Shown: piece by piece, positions 36,548-46,327 of the stretch | How the letters are laid out: each line of letters starts with the position of its first letter | How positions within the stretch are numbered: position 1 is the first letter of the stretch | Source: Acidimicrobiia bacterium | Lineage (GTDB): Bacteria > Actinomycetota > Acidimicrobiia > IMCC26256 > JBMOIJ01 | Direction of reading: 5' to 3' | NCBI GenBank assembly: GCA_049317385.1 | Contig: JBMOIJ010000001.1 | Span: 468 to 64,467 of the forward strand | Length of the DNA stretch: 64,000 nucleotides | Translations under genes and position numbers: made by a program | The notes under the pieces: model-generated | Databases searched by the model: none | The model's input: only the letters and a program-made list of their open reading frames with translations | What the model was told of the DNA's origin: nothing

Positions 36548-38142
36548 TTCACTGCTTCCTGCTTGGCGCCGTTGGCGCTCGCCGACGCCGCCGGGAACAC
36601 CTTCGTGACCTCAGTGACCTTGGTGTTGGTGGTCTTGAACAGGAGGTTCGGGAAGATCCCGAGCACGACGATGAGCGCGAGCAACGGCGTCCACGCGATC
36701 CATTCCGGCACGTGGACATCGTGGAAGTGCCCCTTGGCGAACTCTTCCTTCGGCGTACCGAACGCCACGCGCTGGTACATCCAGAGGAGATACCCCGCCG
36801 CGAGCACCGTTCCAACCGCCGCCACCACCATGTAGGTGCGGAACACCGGGTCGGAGAGCGCGCCACTCGGCGAATACGCCGAGAGGATGGCCGGGAACTC
36901 GCCCCAGAAGCCGGCCAGGCCGGGCAGACCCAGCGAGGCCATGGCACTGAACCCGAGGATCCAGCCGAGGTGCGGCGTCTGGGTGAGCAGACCACCGAGG
37001 CGGTTCATGTCACGCGTGTGGTAGCGCTCCTGCACCGAGCCGGCGCAAAAGAACAGCATGCCGGTGATGAGGCCGTGCGCCACCATGCCGAAGATGGCGG
37101 CGTTGATACCGAAGCTCGTGAGCGTTGCGATACCGAGCATCACGAACCCCATGTGGGCCACCGACGAGAACGCGATGAGGCGCTTCATGTCCTGCTGCGC
37201 AAGACAGCACAACGCGCCGTAGATGATGCCGATCACCGCCAGGAGCGCGATCCAGGGCGCCCACTTCTCGGCGGCCCGCGGGAGGATGGGCAGCGCGATG
37301 CGCACGAAGCCGTAGGTACCGAGCTTCAGTAACACCGCAGCCAGGATCACCGAACCCACCGTGGGCGCTTCGGTGTGTGCGTCCGGCAGCCAGGTGTGGA
37401 AGGGGAACATCGGCACCTTGATGGCGAAGCCGAGGAACAGTCCCCCAAAGATCAACGTGGCCGTACCGATGCTGATCCCCAAGAATCCGAGCCGGGCCGC
37501 TTCGGACAGCAACGGGATGTCGAAGCTGTGCTGAGCGCCCGCCGCCACCGGGTTGACGTCGCTGAGGAAGTAGATGGCAACGAAGCCCACGAGCATGAGC
37601 GCCGAGCCGAACAACGTGAACAAGAAGAACTTGATGGACGCGTACTGCCGGTTCGGCCCGCCCCACACGCCGATCATGAAGTACATGGGCAGCAGGACCA
37701 CTTCGAAGAACACGAAGAAGAGGATGAGGTCCTGGGCCACGAACGTGCCGTTCATACCTACTTCAAGTACGAGCAGCAACGCGAGGAACGCCTTGGGGTT
37801 GTGCGGCTCAGGGAAGTGGTCCCACGAGTAGATGATCACCAACACCGAGATGAGCATGGACAACGCCAGCAACGGCAACGAAATGCCGTCGAGGCCGATG
37901 TGGTAGCGGCTGTTGATGATGGGGATCCACGACTTGTTCACCACGAACTGCAGGCGACCTTGGTCGTAGTCGAAGTTCGCGAGCAGCAAGACGCCGATGA
38001 ACGCCGTCACCAGCGTGGTGACGAGCGCGGCGATCTTCTGCCACTGCTCCTCCTTCTTGGGCAGCGCCATGACGACCACGGCACCGGCCAAGGGGATGAA
38101 CACCGCAAGGGTGAGACCCCAACCGTTGAGGAACTCCTTCAT
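36544..38142 (-). CDS. nuoM: NADH-quinone oxidoreductase subunit M, copy 1
   Basis: 532 aa with ...YHIGLDGISLPLLALSMLI... and ...PFHTWLPDAHTEAPT..., NuoM/ND4 signatures. Confidence 0.9.
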   Translation of the reverse strand: MKEFLNGWGLTLAVFIPLAGAVVVMALPKKEEQWQKIAALVTTLVTAFIGVLLLANFDYDQGRLQFVVNKSWIPIINSRYHIGLDGISLPLLALSMLISVLVIIYSWDHFPEPHNPKAFLALLLVLEVGMNGTFVAQDLILFFVFFEVVLLPMYFMIGVWGGPNRQYASIKFFLFTLFGSALMLVGFVAIYFLSDVNPVAAGAQHSFDIPLLSEAARLGFLGISIGTATLIFGGLFLGFAIKVPMFPFHTWLPDAHTEAPTVGSVILAAVLLKLGTYGFVRIALPILPRAAEKWAPWIALLAVIGIIYGALCCLAQQDMKRLIAFSSVAHMGFVMLGIATLTSFGINAAIFGMVAHGLITGMLFFCAGSVQERYHTRDMNRLGGLLTQTPHLGWILGFSAMASLGLPGLAGFWGEFPAILSAYSPSGALSDPVFRTYMVVAAVGTVLAAGYLLWMYQRVAFGTPKEEFAKGHFHDVHVPEWIAWTPLLALIVVLGIFPNLLFKTTNTKVTEVTKVFPAASASANGAKQEAVK

Positions 38143-38154
38143 CGACGTGCCCTC

Positions 38155-40248
38155 TCAGACATTCACGTTCACGAGTACGAGCGCAAGGGCGATCACGCCC
38201 ACCGCTCCGAACAACCACAGCGCGTAGCGCTGCACTCGACCTGACTCCCAGAGCCGCAGCACTCCGCCGGTTCCGTCAGTGACTTCACCGATTCCGTTCA
38301 CGGCGTTGTCGACCACGTCACGGTCGACGTAGCGATACGTGGCCCGTCCGAGCGCCGCGGCCCCGAGGCCAGCTCCCCGCACGGTTGCATCAATCACCCT
38401 CTGGTTGACCCAGTAACACGCACGCGCCAAGGGCCCCTTGATGAACCCGACGATGACGTCGGTGTAGAGCCAGTCGAGGTAGTACTTGTTCTCGAGGAAG
38501 CGGTACCCGGCCCGTGCCACGCCATTGCGCTGGGTGATGCCCTGCGGTCCCCATCTCTTCCAGTACCACGCCCAAGCGATGAAGTAGCCCAACGCTGCGA
38601 TGGCGACTGCGATGGCGGCGTTGGTGAAGCTGAACTCGACCTTGGTGATCTCGCGCACCGGGAACGTGAGGAAACCCTCCGACTCAGGCTCGATCCACTC
38701 CTTGAACTTCTCGATCTTCACCGGCGACGCATTGATCCAACCGATGAGCAGCGAGAAGACCGAAAGGATGATGAGTGGCACCGTGATGCGCTTGTTCGAC
38801 TCGTGCGGGTGGCCGTGGCCGCGATATTCGCCGAAGAACGTGAGGTACACGCAGCGGCCCATGTATGCGGCCGTCATGACGGCACCGACGAGTCCGACGA
38901 TCTCGAAGAAGAAGAACCCACCTTGGCCCGCGGCAGTGAGGATCTCGTCCTTGGACCAGAAGCCCGCCAACAACGGGAACCCAGTGAGTGCCGCCGTACC
39001 GATCATGAACGTCCAGAAGGTGACCGGCATGTACCTGCGCAGGCCCCCCATGTCCTTCTTCATGTCGAAGCTGTGGTGCGAACCGGAGTGGCTGATGGAG
39101 CCGGCGCCGAGGAACAAGTTGGCCTTGAAGAACGCGTGCGTGAAGAGGTGGAAGATGGCGCCGAGCCACGCGCCGACTCCGAGGCCCATCACCATGTATC
39201 CGAGCTGACTAATGGTGGAGTACGCGAGCACCTTCTTGATGTCGCGCTGGACGAACGCCAGCGCCGCACCGATCACGATGGTGACGGCACCGATGATGGC
39301 CATGAAGTTGAAGCCACCATTGTTGATGGAAAAGCCCTTCCAGAACACGCCGTAGAGGCGCGCTCCGAGGTACACGCCGGCAACCACCATGGTGGCGGCG
39401 TGGATGAGCGCGCTCACGGGCGTGGGTCCGGCCATCGCGTCGGGCAACCAGGTGTGCAGCGGGAACTGGCCGCTCTTGCCGATGATGCCCACCATGAGAC
39501 ATGACGCACAGGCGAGCAGCAGCAGGTGACTGGGCTTCCCGCTCAGCGCTGACGCGTTCACGGCGTCGATACCGAACGAGAACGCGCGCCCGCTGGTTGC
39601 CGCCGAAACGATGAACGGCGTGATGATCACACCGATGAGCAGACCGACGTCACCGGTACGAGTGGTGAAGAACGCCTTGAGTGCCGCGTTGGAGTTGGCC
39701 TGCTCTTCCCACCAGTGACCGATGAGCATGAACGAGCAGAGGCCGACCAGCTCCCAACCGATCATGAGCTGCAATGTGTTGCTGGCGGTGACGAGCAACA
39801 ACATCGACGCCGTGAAGAGGCTGAGGGCGGCGAAGTACTGGGTGTAACGGCGGTCGTCGTGCAAGTACTCGGTGGAGTACACGTGGACCAGGAGCGAAAT
39901 GAGCGTGACGACGAACAGCATCATCACGGTGAGACCGTCGACGTGGGTGCCGAAGTCGAACTTCACCGTGCCGTTCGACCACAGCACATAGAGCTCATTG
40001 ATGACCGGTGCGCTCTCGCGCTCATGGAACACCCGGATCCACTCGACCGCCGACCAACACGCGAACACGAACGACGTGCCCACGGCGGCGATGCCGATCC
40101 ATGAGCACTTCTCGCCCATCCGCTTGCCGAACAGCAAGATGATCCAGAACGAAACGAATGGAATGGTGAACAGCAGCCATGCGTTCTGCAGCACCCACGG
40201 CGCAGCGTGAACGACGCCTTCGGCGGCTTGTTCGGCAGCAAGGATCAC
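38155..40248 (-). CDS. nuoL: NADH-quinone oxidoreductase subunit L, copy 1
   Basis: 697 aa with ...GWELVGLCSFMLIGHWWE..., ...FPLHTWLPDAMAGPTPVSALIHAATMV... and a long C-terminal extension. Confidence 0.9.
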   Translation of the reverse strand: MILAAEQAAEGVVHAAPWVLQNAWLLFTIPFVSFWIILLFGKRMGEKCSWIGIAAVGTSFVFACWSAVEWIRVFHERESAPVINELYVLWSNGTVKFDFGTHVDGLTVMMLFVVTLISLLVHVYSTEYLHDDRRYTQYFAALSLFTASMLLLVTASNTLQLMIGWELVGLCSFMLIGHWWEEQANSNAALKAFFTTRTGDVGLLIGVIITPFIVSAATSGRAFSFGIDAVNASALSGKPSHLLLLACASCLMVGIIGKSGQFPLHTWLPDAMAGPTPVSALIHAATMVVAGVYLGARLYGVFWKGFSINNGGFNFMAIIGAVTIVIGAALAFVQRDIKKVLAYSTISQLGYMVMGLGVGAWLGAIFHLFTHAFFKANLFLGAGSISHSGSHHSFDMKKDMGGLRRYMPVTFWTFMIGTAALTGFPLLAGFWSKDEILTAAGQGGFFFFEIVGLVGAVMTAAYMGRCVYLTFFGEYRGHGHPHESNKRITVPLIILSVFSLLIGWINASPVKIEKFKEWIEPESEGFLTFPVREITKVEFSFTNAAIAVAIAALGYFIAWAWYWKRWGPQGITQRNGVARAGYRFLENKYYLDWLYTDVIVGFIKGPLARACYWVNQRVIDATVRGAGLGAAALGRATYRYVDRDVVDNAVNGIGEVTDGTGGVLRLWESGRVQRYALWLFGAVGVIALALVLVNVNV

Positions 40249-40249
40249 G

Positions 40250-40564
40250 TCAGCCCCTCAGCTGGTCGACGCGGTCAAGGTCAGAGGTCCGGAAGTTCCG
40301 GTAGATCAGCAACACGATGGCCAGACCCACGCCGACTTCGGCGGCCGCAATCGTGATGACGAAGAGCGTGAACACGATGCCCGACAGCGGTTGACCGCCC
40401 GGCGTTGCGCTGTAGGCCGAGAACGCCACCAAGTTGATGTTCACCGCGTTCAGCATGAGTTCGATGCTCATGAGCACCAGTACGCCGTTGCGGCGGGCCA
40501 GCACCCCGTAGACGCCCGTGCAGAACAGGAACGCAGCGAGCAACAAGAAGTAGTTGAGGCTCAT
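40250..40564 (-). CDS. nuoK: NADH-quinone oxidoreductase subunit K, copy 1
   Basis: 104 aa with [14 protein letters not shown] and [21 protein letters not shown] overlap with the nuoJ stop. Confidence 0.9.
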   Translation of the reverse strand: MSLNYFLLLAAFLFCTGVYGVLARRNGVLVLMSIELMLNAVNINLVAFSAYSATPGGQPLSGIVFTLFVITIAAAEVGVGLAIVLLIYRNFRTSDLDRVDQLRG

Positions 40565-41073
40565 CAGTCACGCCTCGCAATCGCCACGGCGCCGATGAGC
40601 GCAGCGGTGAGGAGCAGGCCCAGCACTTCGAACGGGACCAACCAGCCGCGCAAGAACGTGTCGCCGATGGGCCCCGGTTGGCCAATCTGCAACGCAAATG
40701 CCGCGTCCAAGTTGATCTTCGAGCTGGCCGGGAACGCCCGCAGGATCAACACTCCCAACACGCCGAGCAGGAACACCGAAGCGATGAGACCTGAAAGCCA
40801 CTGCGAGTTGTCCTGGCTCTGGTCGCCTCGCATGGGCGCCCGCGTCAGCATGATGCCGAAGAGGAACAGCACGATGACGGCGCCGATGTAGATCAGCACC
40901 TGCACCCACGCCACGAACTCAGCCGTGAGAAGGATGTACTGCGCGGCCGCGCCGGCGAGGACCACCACCAGGTAGAGCGCGGCGTGCACCACGTTGCGGG
41001 TGGTCACGACCCGGATGGCGGCCGCAGCCATGGCGATGGCCAGCACCCAGAACACGACGTTCTGCGCGATCAC
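40564..41073 (-). CDS. nuoJ: NADH-quinone oxidoreductase subunit J, copy 1
   Basis: Trimmed to the GTG at 41071-41073, which overlaps the nuoI stop (GTGA). It reads (V)[36 protein letters not shown]..., ND6-like. Confidence 0.8.
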   Translation of the reverse strand: MIAQNVVFWVLAIAMAAAAIRVVTTRNVVHAALYLVVVLAGAAAQYILLTAEFVAWVQVLIYIGAVIVLFLFGIMLTRAPMRGDQSQDNSQWLSGLIASVFLLGVLGVLILRAFPASSKINLDAAFALQIGQPGPIGDTFLRGWLVPFEVLGLLLTAALIGAVAIARRD

Positions 41074-41567
41074 TTCTTGCCTGCCTTCTTGACTTCGGCA
41101 CCCTCTTCGTAGGGCTCCGGCTCGGGCTTGGTGGCATCCCACTCGCCGAGCTTGTCCTTGTCGTGCAGCAACCGAGCGATGGAGAACTCGGAGTACTCGT
41201 ACTCCGGGCTCCAGTGGAGGGCGTCGAACGGGCAGACCTCGACACAGATTCCGCAGTACATGCAGAGCGCGTAGTCGATGTCGAACCGGTCGAGCACGCT
41301 GACGGTGCGCTCACGCCCACCTTCGCGACGCGGCGGCCGCTTCTCCTTGTGACCTTCGATGTAGATGCACCAGTCGGGGCAGCTGCGCGCACACAACATG
41401 CAGACGGTGCAGTTCTCTTCCTGCAACCCGATCACGCCACGCGCCCGAGTAGGCGGTGCTTCTTTCTCGTGCGGGTACTGCACGGTGACCGCCGGCTTGA
41501 GCATCGTCTTGAACGTGACGCCCAGACCAGTGATGAGACCGGGGACCTTGGGAAGTTTCGGAGCCAT
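41070..41567 (-). CDS. nuoI: NADH-quinone oxidoreductase subunit I, copy 1
   Basis: Two ferredoxin motifs, [12 protein letters not shown] and [13 protein letters not shown] prefer the ATG at 41565-41567, which overlaps the nuoH stop (ATGA). Confidence 0.88.
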   Translation of the reverse strand: MAPKLPKVPGLITGLGVTFKTMLKPAVTVQYPHEKEAPPTRARGVIGLQEENCTVCMLCARSCPDWCIYIEGHKEKRPPRREGGRERTVSVLDRFDIDYALCMYCGICVEVCPFDALHWSPEYEYSEFSIARLLHDKDKLGEWDATKPEPEPYEEGAEVKKAGKK

Positions 41568-42604
41568 CAGCGCACCCACGCAACGATCGCGCCGGTCACC
41601 AGGATGTTCCCGAGCGCAATGGGAATGAGGTACTTCCAGGCAATGGCCTGAAGCTGGTCTTCACGGAAGCGCGGGTAGGTGAAGCGCGCCCAGAAGATGA
41701 GGAACGCCACCAACATGATCTTGGCGAACAAGACGATGGGGCCCACCACGTTCATGTAACCCGCCGACATGTCGCCCCATGGAAGCGTCCAACCCCCAAG
41801 GAACAACGTGGCGGCGATGGCCGCAAATGCAAACGCGGTACCGAACTCTCCGATGAAGAAGAACAGGAACCGGAAACCGGTGTACTCGACCATGTATCCC
41901 GAGACGAGTTCCGACTCGGCCACCGGCATGTCGAACGGCGGCTGCGTCAGTTCGGCCTGCGCCGCGATCATAAAGATCACGAACCCGATGAACTGCGGGA
42001 TGATGAACGGCAGGCCGATGCCACCCCATCCGAAGATCGATCCGTTCGACTGTGCCGCAACGATGCCCTGCAGGCTCAACGTGCCGGCCTGGATCACCAC
42101 CCCGACCACCGCGAGCAACAGCGGCAACTCGTAGGCGATGAGCTGGGCCGCTGCGCGCAGGCCACCGAGCAGTGCGAACTTGTTCGCGCTCGCCCAGCCG
42201 GCCATGAGCACGCCGATGACCGACAAGCTCGACACGGCAAGGGCGTAGAAGATGCCCATGTTGAGGTTTTCGACGACGAGCTTCGGTCCGGCGGGAATCA
42301 CGATGAACACCAAAAACGTGCTGACCAACACCACGGCAGGCGCCAACGCGAACACGCGCCGGTCGGCCCCTTCCGGCATGATGTCTTCCTTCTGGAGGAA
42401 CTTCACACCGTCGGCCACCAGCTGCAGCGTGCCGTGCGGGCCGGCCTCCATGGGGCCGAGCCGGCTCTGCATGTGACTCATCATCTTCAACAAGAAGACA
42501 TACCCGAGCACGAGTGCGCCAGTGGGCACGACGGCCAACACGACCACGGCTTTGATGATGGTGAACGACCACCATGGAAGTTCGAGCGCGAGGACAGCGT
42601 TCAC
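41567..42604 (-). CDS. nuoH: NADH-quinone oxidoreductase subunit H, copy 1
   Basis: Trimmed to the GTG at 42602-42604, which overlaps the nuoD stop. It has ...[25 protein letters not shown]...[18 protein letters not shown]..., ND1-like. Confidence 0.88.
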   Translation of the reverse strand: MNAVLALELPWWSFTIIKAVVVLAVVPTGALVLGYVFLLKMMSHMQSRLGPMEAGPHGTLQLVADGVKFLQKEDIMPEGADRRVFALAPAVVLVSTFLVFIVIPAGPKLVVENLNMGIFYALAVSSLSVIGVLMAGWASANKFALLGGLRAAAQLIAYELPLLLAVVGVVIQAGTLSLQGIVAAQSNGSIFGWGGIGLPFIIPQFIGFVIFMIAAQAELTQPPFDMPVAESELVSGYMVEYTGFRFLFFFIGEFGTAFAFAAIAATLFLGGWTLPWGDMSAGYMNVVGPIVLFAKIMLVAFLIFWARFTYPRFREDQLQAIAWKYLIPIALGNILVTGAIVAWVR

Positions 42605-43782
42605 CGGTCGATGTCTCCGAGGATGAAGTAGAGCGATCCGAGGATGGTGATGATGTCGGGGACGTATACGCCCTGCAGCAACCACGGAAGGATCGAAACG
42701 TTCGAGAAGCTCGCGGATCGGATCTTTACGCGGAACGGACCGGTCGCCCCCTTCGAGACGACGTAGTAGCCCATCTCGCCGAGTGGGTTCTCGGTCTTCA
42801 CATAGAGTTCGCCCTCGGGCACCTTGATGATGCGCGGGACCTTCGCCATGATCGGCCCGGCCGGCAACTGGTCGAGCATCTGCAACACCATGCGGGCGGA
42901 CTCGCGTGTTTCCTGCAGCCGCACCCAGTAGCGAGCGAACGAGTCGCCGGCGGTGTGCGTCCAGACTTTCCAGTCGAGCTCGTTGTAGACGAGGTACTGC
43001 TCGCCATCACGGCGCAGGTCCCAGTCGATGCCACTGGCGCGCAGGTTGGAGCCCGACACGCCGTAGGAGGCGCCGAGTTCGCCGGGAATGATGCCCACAC
43101 CATCGCAACGCTTACGGAAGATCTCGTTGCCGACCACCAGGTCTTCGAACTGGTCGCAGCTGTCGAAGACGATCTTCATGACTTCGCGCGTCTCGGCGAT
43201 CCAGCCCCACGGCAAGTCGTCCTTCAACCCACCGATGCGGTTGAAGTTGGGGTGGAAGCGACCACCCGTCGCCCCCTCGATGAGGTTGAGCACGTGCTCG
43301 CGGTCACGGAAGCCGTAGAACGCCGGCGTGATGGCACCGACCTGCAGGCCCATCTCTCCGAGGAACAACAGGAACGTGGCGATACGCGACAGCTCGGTGA
43401 GAATTGTGCGGATGTACAGCGCACGCTCCGGCGCTTCGATGTCCATCAGCTTCTCGGCCGCGGCGATGAACGGCACCTCGTTGGCAAAGCTGCTGAGCCA
43501 GTCGATGCGGTTGATGAGCGTGGTGACCTGAGGGTACGTACGGAACTCGGTGAGTTTCTCGTAGCCGCGGTGCATGTATCCGATGACGGGGTCGGCGGCG
43601 AGCACTCGCTCACCGTCGAGCCGCACCACCAACCGCAACGTTCCGTGAGTGGCCGGGTGCTGCGGCCCCAGGTTCAAGATCATGTCGCCGGTGTCGAGCT
43701 CGACATTCATCTGTGCTTCGGCCAAGTGGCGCAGCGCGTTGGGGTCGAGCTCGAAGTCGGGAGCGTTGGTCACGTCGGTCAT
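42601..43782 (-). CDS. nuoD: NADH-quinone oxidoreductase subunit D, copy 1 (HRG variant)
   Basis: 393 aa with LNLGPQHPATHGTLRLVV and VIGYMHRGYEKL. ATGA overlap with the nuoC stop. nuoH follows directly, with no nuoE, nuoF or nuoG. Confidence 0.92.
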   Translation of the reverse strand: MTDVTNAPDFELDPNALRHLAEAQMNVELDTGDMILNLGPQHPATHGTLRLVVRLDGERVLAADPVIGYMHRGYEKLTEFRTYPQVTTLINRIDWLSSFANEVPFIAAAEKLMDIEAPERALYIRTILTELSRIATFLLFLGEMGLQVGAITPAFYGFRDREHVLNLIEGATGGRFHPNFNRIGGLKDDLPWGWIAETREVMKIVFDSCDQFEDLVVGNEIFRKRCDGVGIIPGELGASYGVSGSNLRASGIDWDLRRDGEQYLVYNELDWKVWTHTAGDSFARYWVRLQETRESARMVLQMLDQLPAGPIMAKVPRIIKVPEGELYVKTENPLGEMGYYVVSKGATGPFRVKIRSASFSNVSILPWLLQGVYVPDIITILGSLYFILGDIDR

Positions 43783-44393
43783 TCGCCACCTTCCTCGGCG
43801 ACTTCTTCGCCGGGCATGGGCTCGACGTCGACCAACCCTGGCCAGGGCTTCACGACCCGCGCCAGCAACGGGAAGTCCTTGCGCAACGGGTGGCCTTCGA
43901 ATTCGAACGGCAGGTAGAGCTTGCGCAGGTCAGGATGGCCGTCGAAGTCGATGCCGAACATCTCCCAGCACTCGCGCTCGTGCCAGTCGGCACCGGGGTA
44001 CACCTCGACCCAACTCTGCGCTTGCGGTTGCTGGTCGTCGACGTCGGTCTTCAGCGTGATGCCGTAGTGGTGACGCGTGGACTCGACGTGCGCGAACACT
44101 TGGAACCGACCGCTGGCGCCGGTGAGACCGGGCGTTTGCTCGGTGGGTTGCACCGGCGAACTGGTGTCGCCGCTGGTGTCGTCGCCACCTTCCTTCGGTG
44201 CGGGCATCCAGTCGATGGCCGAAACGAACGACAGGTAGTCGCAATCGAGCGCAGACTTTGCAACCTCAGCCGCCCGCCGCCACGCATCGGGCGCGACGCG
44301 CACTTCGAGCGTTCCGAACGAATCGGCATCAGCGACGATTGCGTCACCGAGTTCGGACTGCAACCGCGAGAGCAGGTCTTGTGTTTCGACCAT
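43779..44393 (-). CDS. nuoC: NADH-quinone oxidoreductase subunit C, copy 1
   Basis: 204 aa with ...YPGADWHERECWEMFGIDFDGHPDLRKL..., the 30-kDa subunit signature. A Gly/Asp/Thr/Ser-rich insertion sits mid-protein. Confidence 0.88.
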   Translation of the reverse strand: MVETQDLLSRLQSELGDAIVADADSFGTLEVRVAPDAWRRAAEVAKSALDCDYLSFVSAIDWMPAPKEGGDDTSGDTSSPVQPTEQTPGLTGASGRFQVFAHVESTRHHYGITLKTDVDDQQPQAQSWVEVYPGADWHERECWEMFGIDFDGHPDLRKLYLPFEFEGHPLRKDFPLLARVVKPWPGLVDVEPMPGEEVAEEGGE

Positions 44394-44399
44394 GACGCG

Positions 44400-44930
44400 T
44401 CACACCCCCGCCGGCTCGACCGACGGCACCACGATGGGTTCGCCCTTCCAGCGTTCGGCCGGGTTCTCGTGCTGGATGCGCTCTTGGAGTAGCACCACAC
44501 CTTGCAACAAGGCCTCGGGGCGCGGGGGACAACCGGGGATGTAGACGTCGACCGGGAGCATCTGGTCGACACCCTTGGTGACCGAATACGAGTCCCAGTA
44601 CGGACCACCACAGTTCGCGCAGCTCCCCATGCTGATGACGTACTTGGGGTCAGGAATCTGTTCGTAGAGCCGCTTGATGGCCGGCGCCATCTTGTCGGTA
44701 ACCGTGCCCGAAATGCAGATGAGGTCGGCCTGGCGCGGACTGGCCGGGAACGGAATGACACCAAGTCGCATCATGTCGTAGCGCGGCGACGCGAGTGCGG
44801 CGCCCATCTCGATGGCACAACACGCCAGGCCCCACTGGAACATCCACAGTGAGTACCGGCGGCTGGAGTTCAACAACCAAGTGAGCGGTTTGATCGGAGC
44901 CTTCCCGCTCTTGCGTGCAACTAGGCCCAC
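44400..44930 (-). CDS. nuoB: NADH-quinone oxidoreductase subunit B, copy 1
   Basis: [21 protein letters not shown] and [10 protein letters not shown] supply the cluster N2 ligands. I prefer the GTG start at 44928-44930, which overlaps the nuoA end. The start is uncertain. Confidence 0.88.
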   Translation of the reverse strand: MGLVARKSGKAPIKPLTWLLNSSRRYSLWMFQWGLACCAIEMGAALASPRYDMMRLGVIPFPASPRQADLICISGTVTDKMAPAIKRLYEQIPDPKYVISMGSCANCGGPYWDSYSVTKGVDQMLPVDVYIPGCPPRPEALLQGVVLLQERIQHENPAERWKGEPIVVPSVEPAGV

Positions 44931-45337
44931 TTCAACAGGCCCTTTCGCCAGTCGTAGAACAACCCGAGCAACAACACGACCATGAAGACGGCAAGCGCCC
45001 CGAAGCCGTACCAACCGAACGCGTCGACCTTCACGGCCCACGGAAACACGAAGATCGCCTCGACGTCGAAGATCACGAAGAGCAACGCAAAGATGTAGTA
45101 CCGAACGTTGCTCTGACCGAACACGCCCACCGGGTCGGAACCCGCCTCGTAAACGAGGTACTTCTGCGGCTGCGGCCGGTGAGGGCGAATGAGCCGGCCG
45201 GCACCGAGCATGGCCCCCACCATGCCGAACGCCACGAGCGTGTAGACGGCAACCGTGACGTAGGACCGGTAGTAGTCGGAGAGCGATACGTATGCGAACA
45301 CCGGCGGGGAGCCTAACCAGGGCGGTCCGGCCAGCAT
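44921..45337 (-). CDS. nuoA: NADH-quinone oxidoreductase subunit A, copy 1
   Basis: ND3-like with three TM helices: ...[12 protein letters not shown]...[23 protein letters not shown]. The start is either the ATG at 45337 or the GTG at 45370. Confidence 0.8.
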   Translation of the reverse strand: MLAGPPWLGSPPVFAYVSLSDYYRSYVTVAVYTLVAFGMVGAMLGAGRLIRPHRPQPQKYLVYEAGSDPVGVFGQSNVRYYIFALLFVIFDVEAIFVFPWAVKVDAFGWYGFGALAVFMVVLLLGLFYDWRKGLLKWA

Positions 45338-45417
45338 GAATTCATCGCCCGCCCATTTCGAAGTCCTCACGTCGACGGCAGCCCTGCCGAAACGGATTCA
45401 GTACGAGAGGGCATCCG

Positions 45418-46311
45418 ATGGACGAATCGCGAGTGGCACCAGACCGTCCGACGGTCTTCGTCCTGTCGGGCGGCGGCAATCAGGCCGTGAGCCAGGTGGG
45501 GATGCTGCGCGCCCTCTTCGAGCGCGGAATCGTCCCAGATGTCGTGATCGGAACCTCGGCCGGCGCCCTCAACGGCGCCGTGGTCGCGCACCGACCGACC
45601 ATGGACGCCGTGGATCACCTCGAAGGGGTCTGGCAGTCGATCCAGGGCAAGGAAATCTTCCCTGGGAACCGCGTCACCCGCGCCTGGAACGTGCTGCGCC
45701 GCGGCACCTCCCTCATGCCGAGCGACGGATTGGCCCAGCTCATCGACACCGTTTCGACGGCCCGCACCTTCGCGGACCTGGCCGTCCCCTTGCGCGTGGT
45801 GACCTGCGATCTCACCAGCGGGTCCGAAGTCGTGTTCTGTCGCGGACCGCTCGCGCCACCACTCCTCGCGTCCGCCGCACTACCCGGCGTGTTCCCTCCG
45901 GTGCCGTACGCCGGGCGCCTCCTCGTGGACGGCGGCGTGGTCAACAGCGTTCCCATCTCGCACGCCGCCGCAGGCAAGCCCGCCCGCATCTTCGTGTGCA
46001 ACGTCTCGGGCGGTGGCCGTCCGATGCACCGAGCCCCCCGGTCTCCGCTCGACGTGGTCATGCGGTCGTTCTCGATCGCCCGCAACCAGCGCTTCCAGCT
46101 GGAACTCGCGCACCTCCGCCACACCGCGGAGGTCACGATCCTCCCGCGCCCCACCGACGATCGCGACCTGCTCGACTTCTCAGATGCGCACCGGCTGATC
46201 GACGAGGCCTACCGCATGGCGACCGGAGTCCTCGAGCACCGCCAGCCGGTCGAAACAATGCAGCGGCCGCACCGACGGCGGGTGCCGTGGCGGCGCCGCA
46301 CCGCGGCCTGA
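45418..46311 (+). CDS. Patatin-like phospholipase
   Basis: 297 aa with VLSGGGNQAVSQVGMLRAL (oxyanion Gly-rich loop), GTSAG (GxSxG nucleophile) and LLVDGGVVNSVP (catalytic Asp). Confidence 0.88.
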   Translation: MDESRVAPDRPTVFVLSGGGNQAVSQVGMLRALFERGIVPDVVIGTSAGALNGAVVAHRPTMDAVDHLEGVWQSIQGKEIFPGNRVTRAWNVLRRGTSLMPSDGLAQLIDTVSTARTFADLAVPLRVVTCDLTSGSEVVFCRGPLAPPLLASAALPGVFPPVPYAGRLLVDGGVVNSVPISHAAAGKPARIFVCNVSGGGRPMHRAPRSPLDVVMRSFSIARNQRFQLELAHLRHTAEVTILPRPTDDRDLLDFSDAHRLIDEAYRMATGVLEHRQPVETMQRPHRRRVPWRRRTAA

Positions 46312-46327
46312 GCGAAACCCGTCGGCG

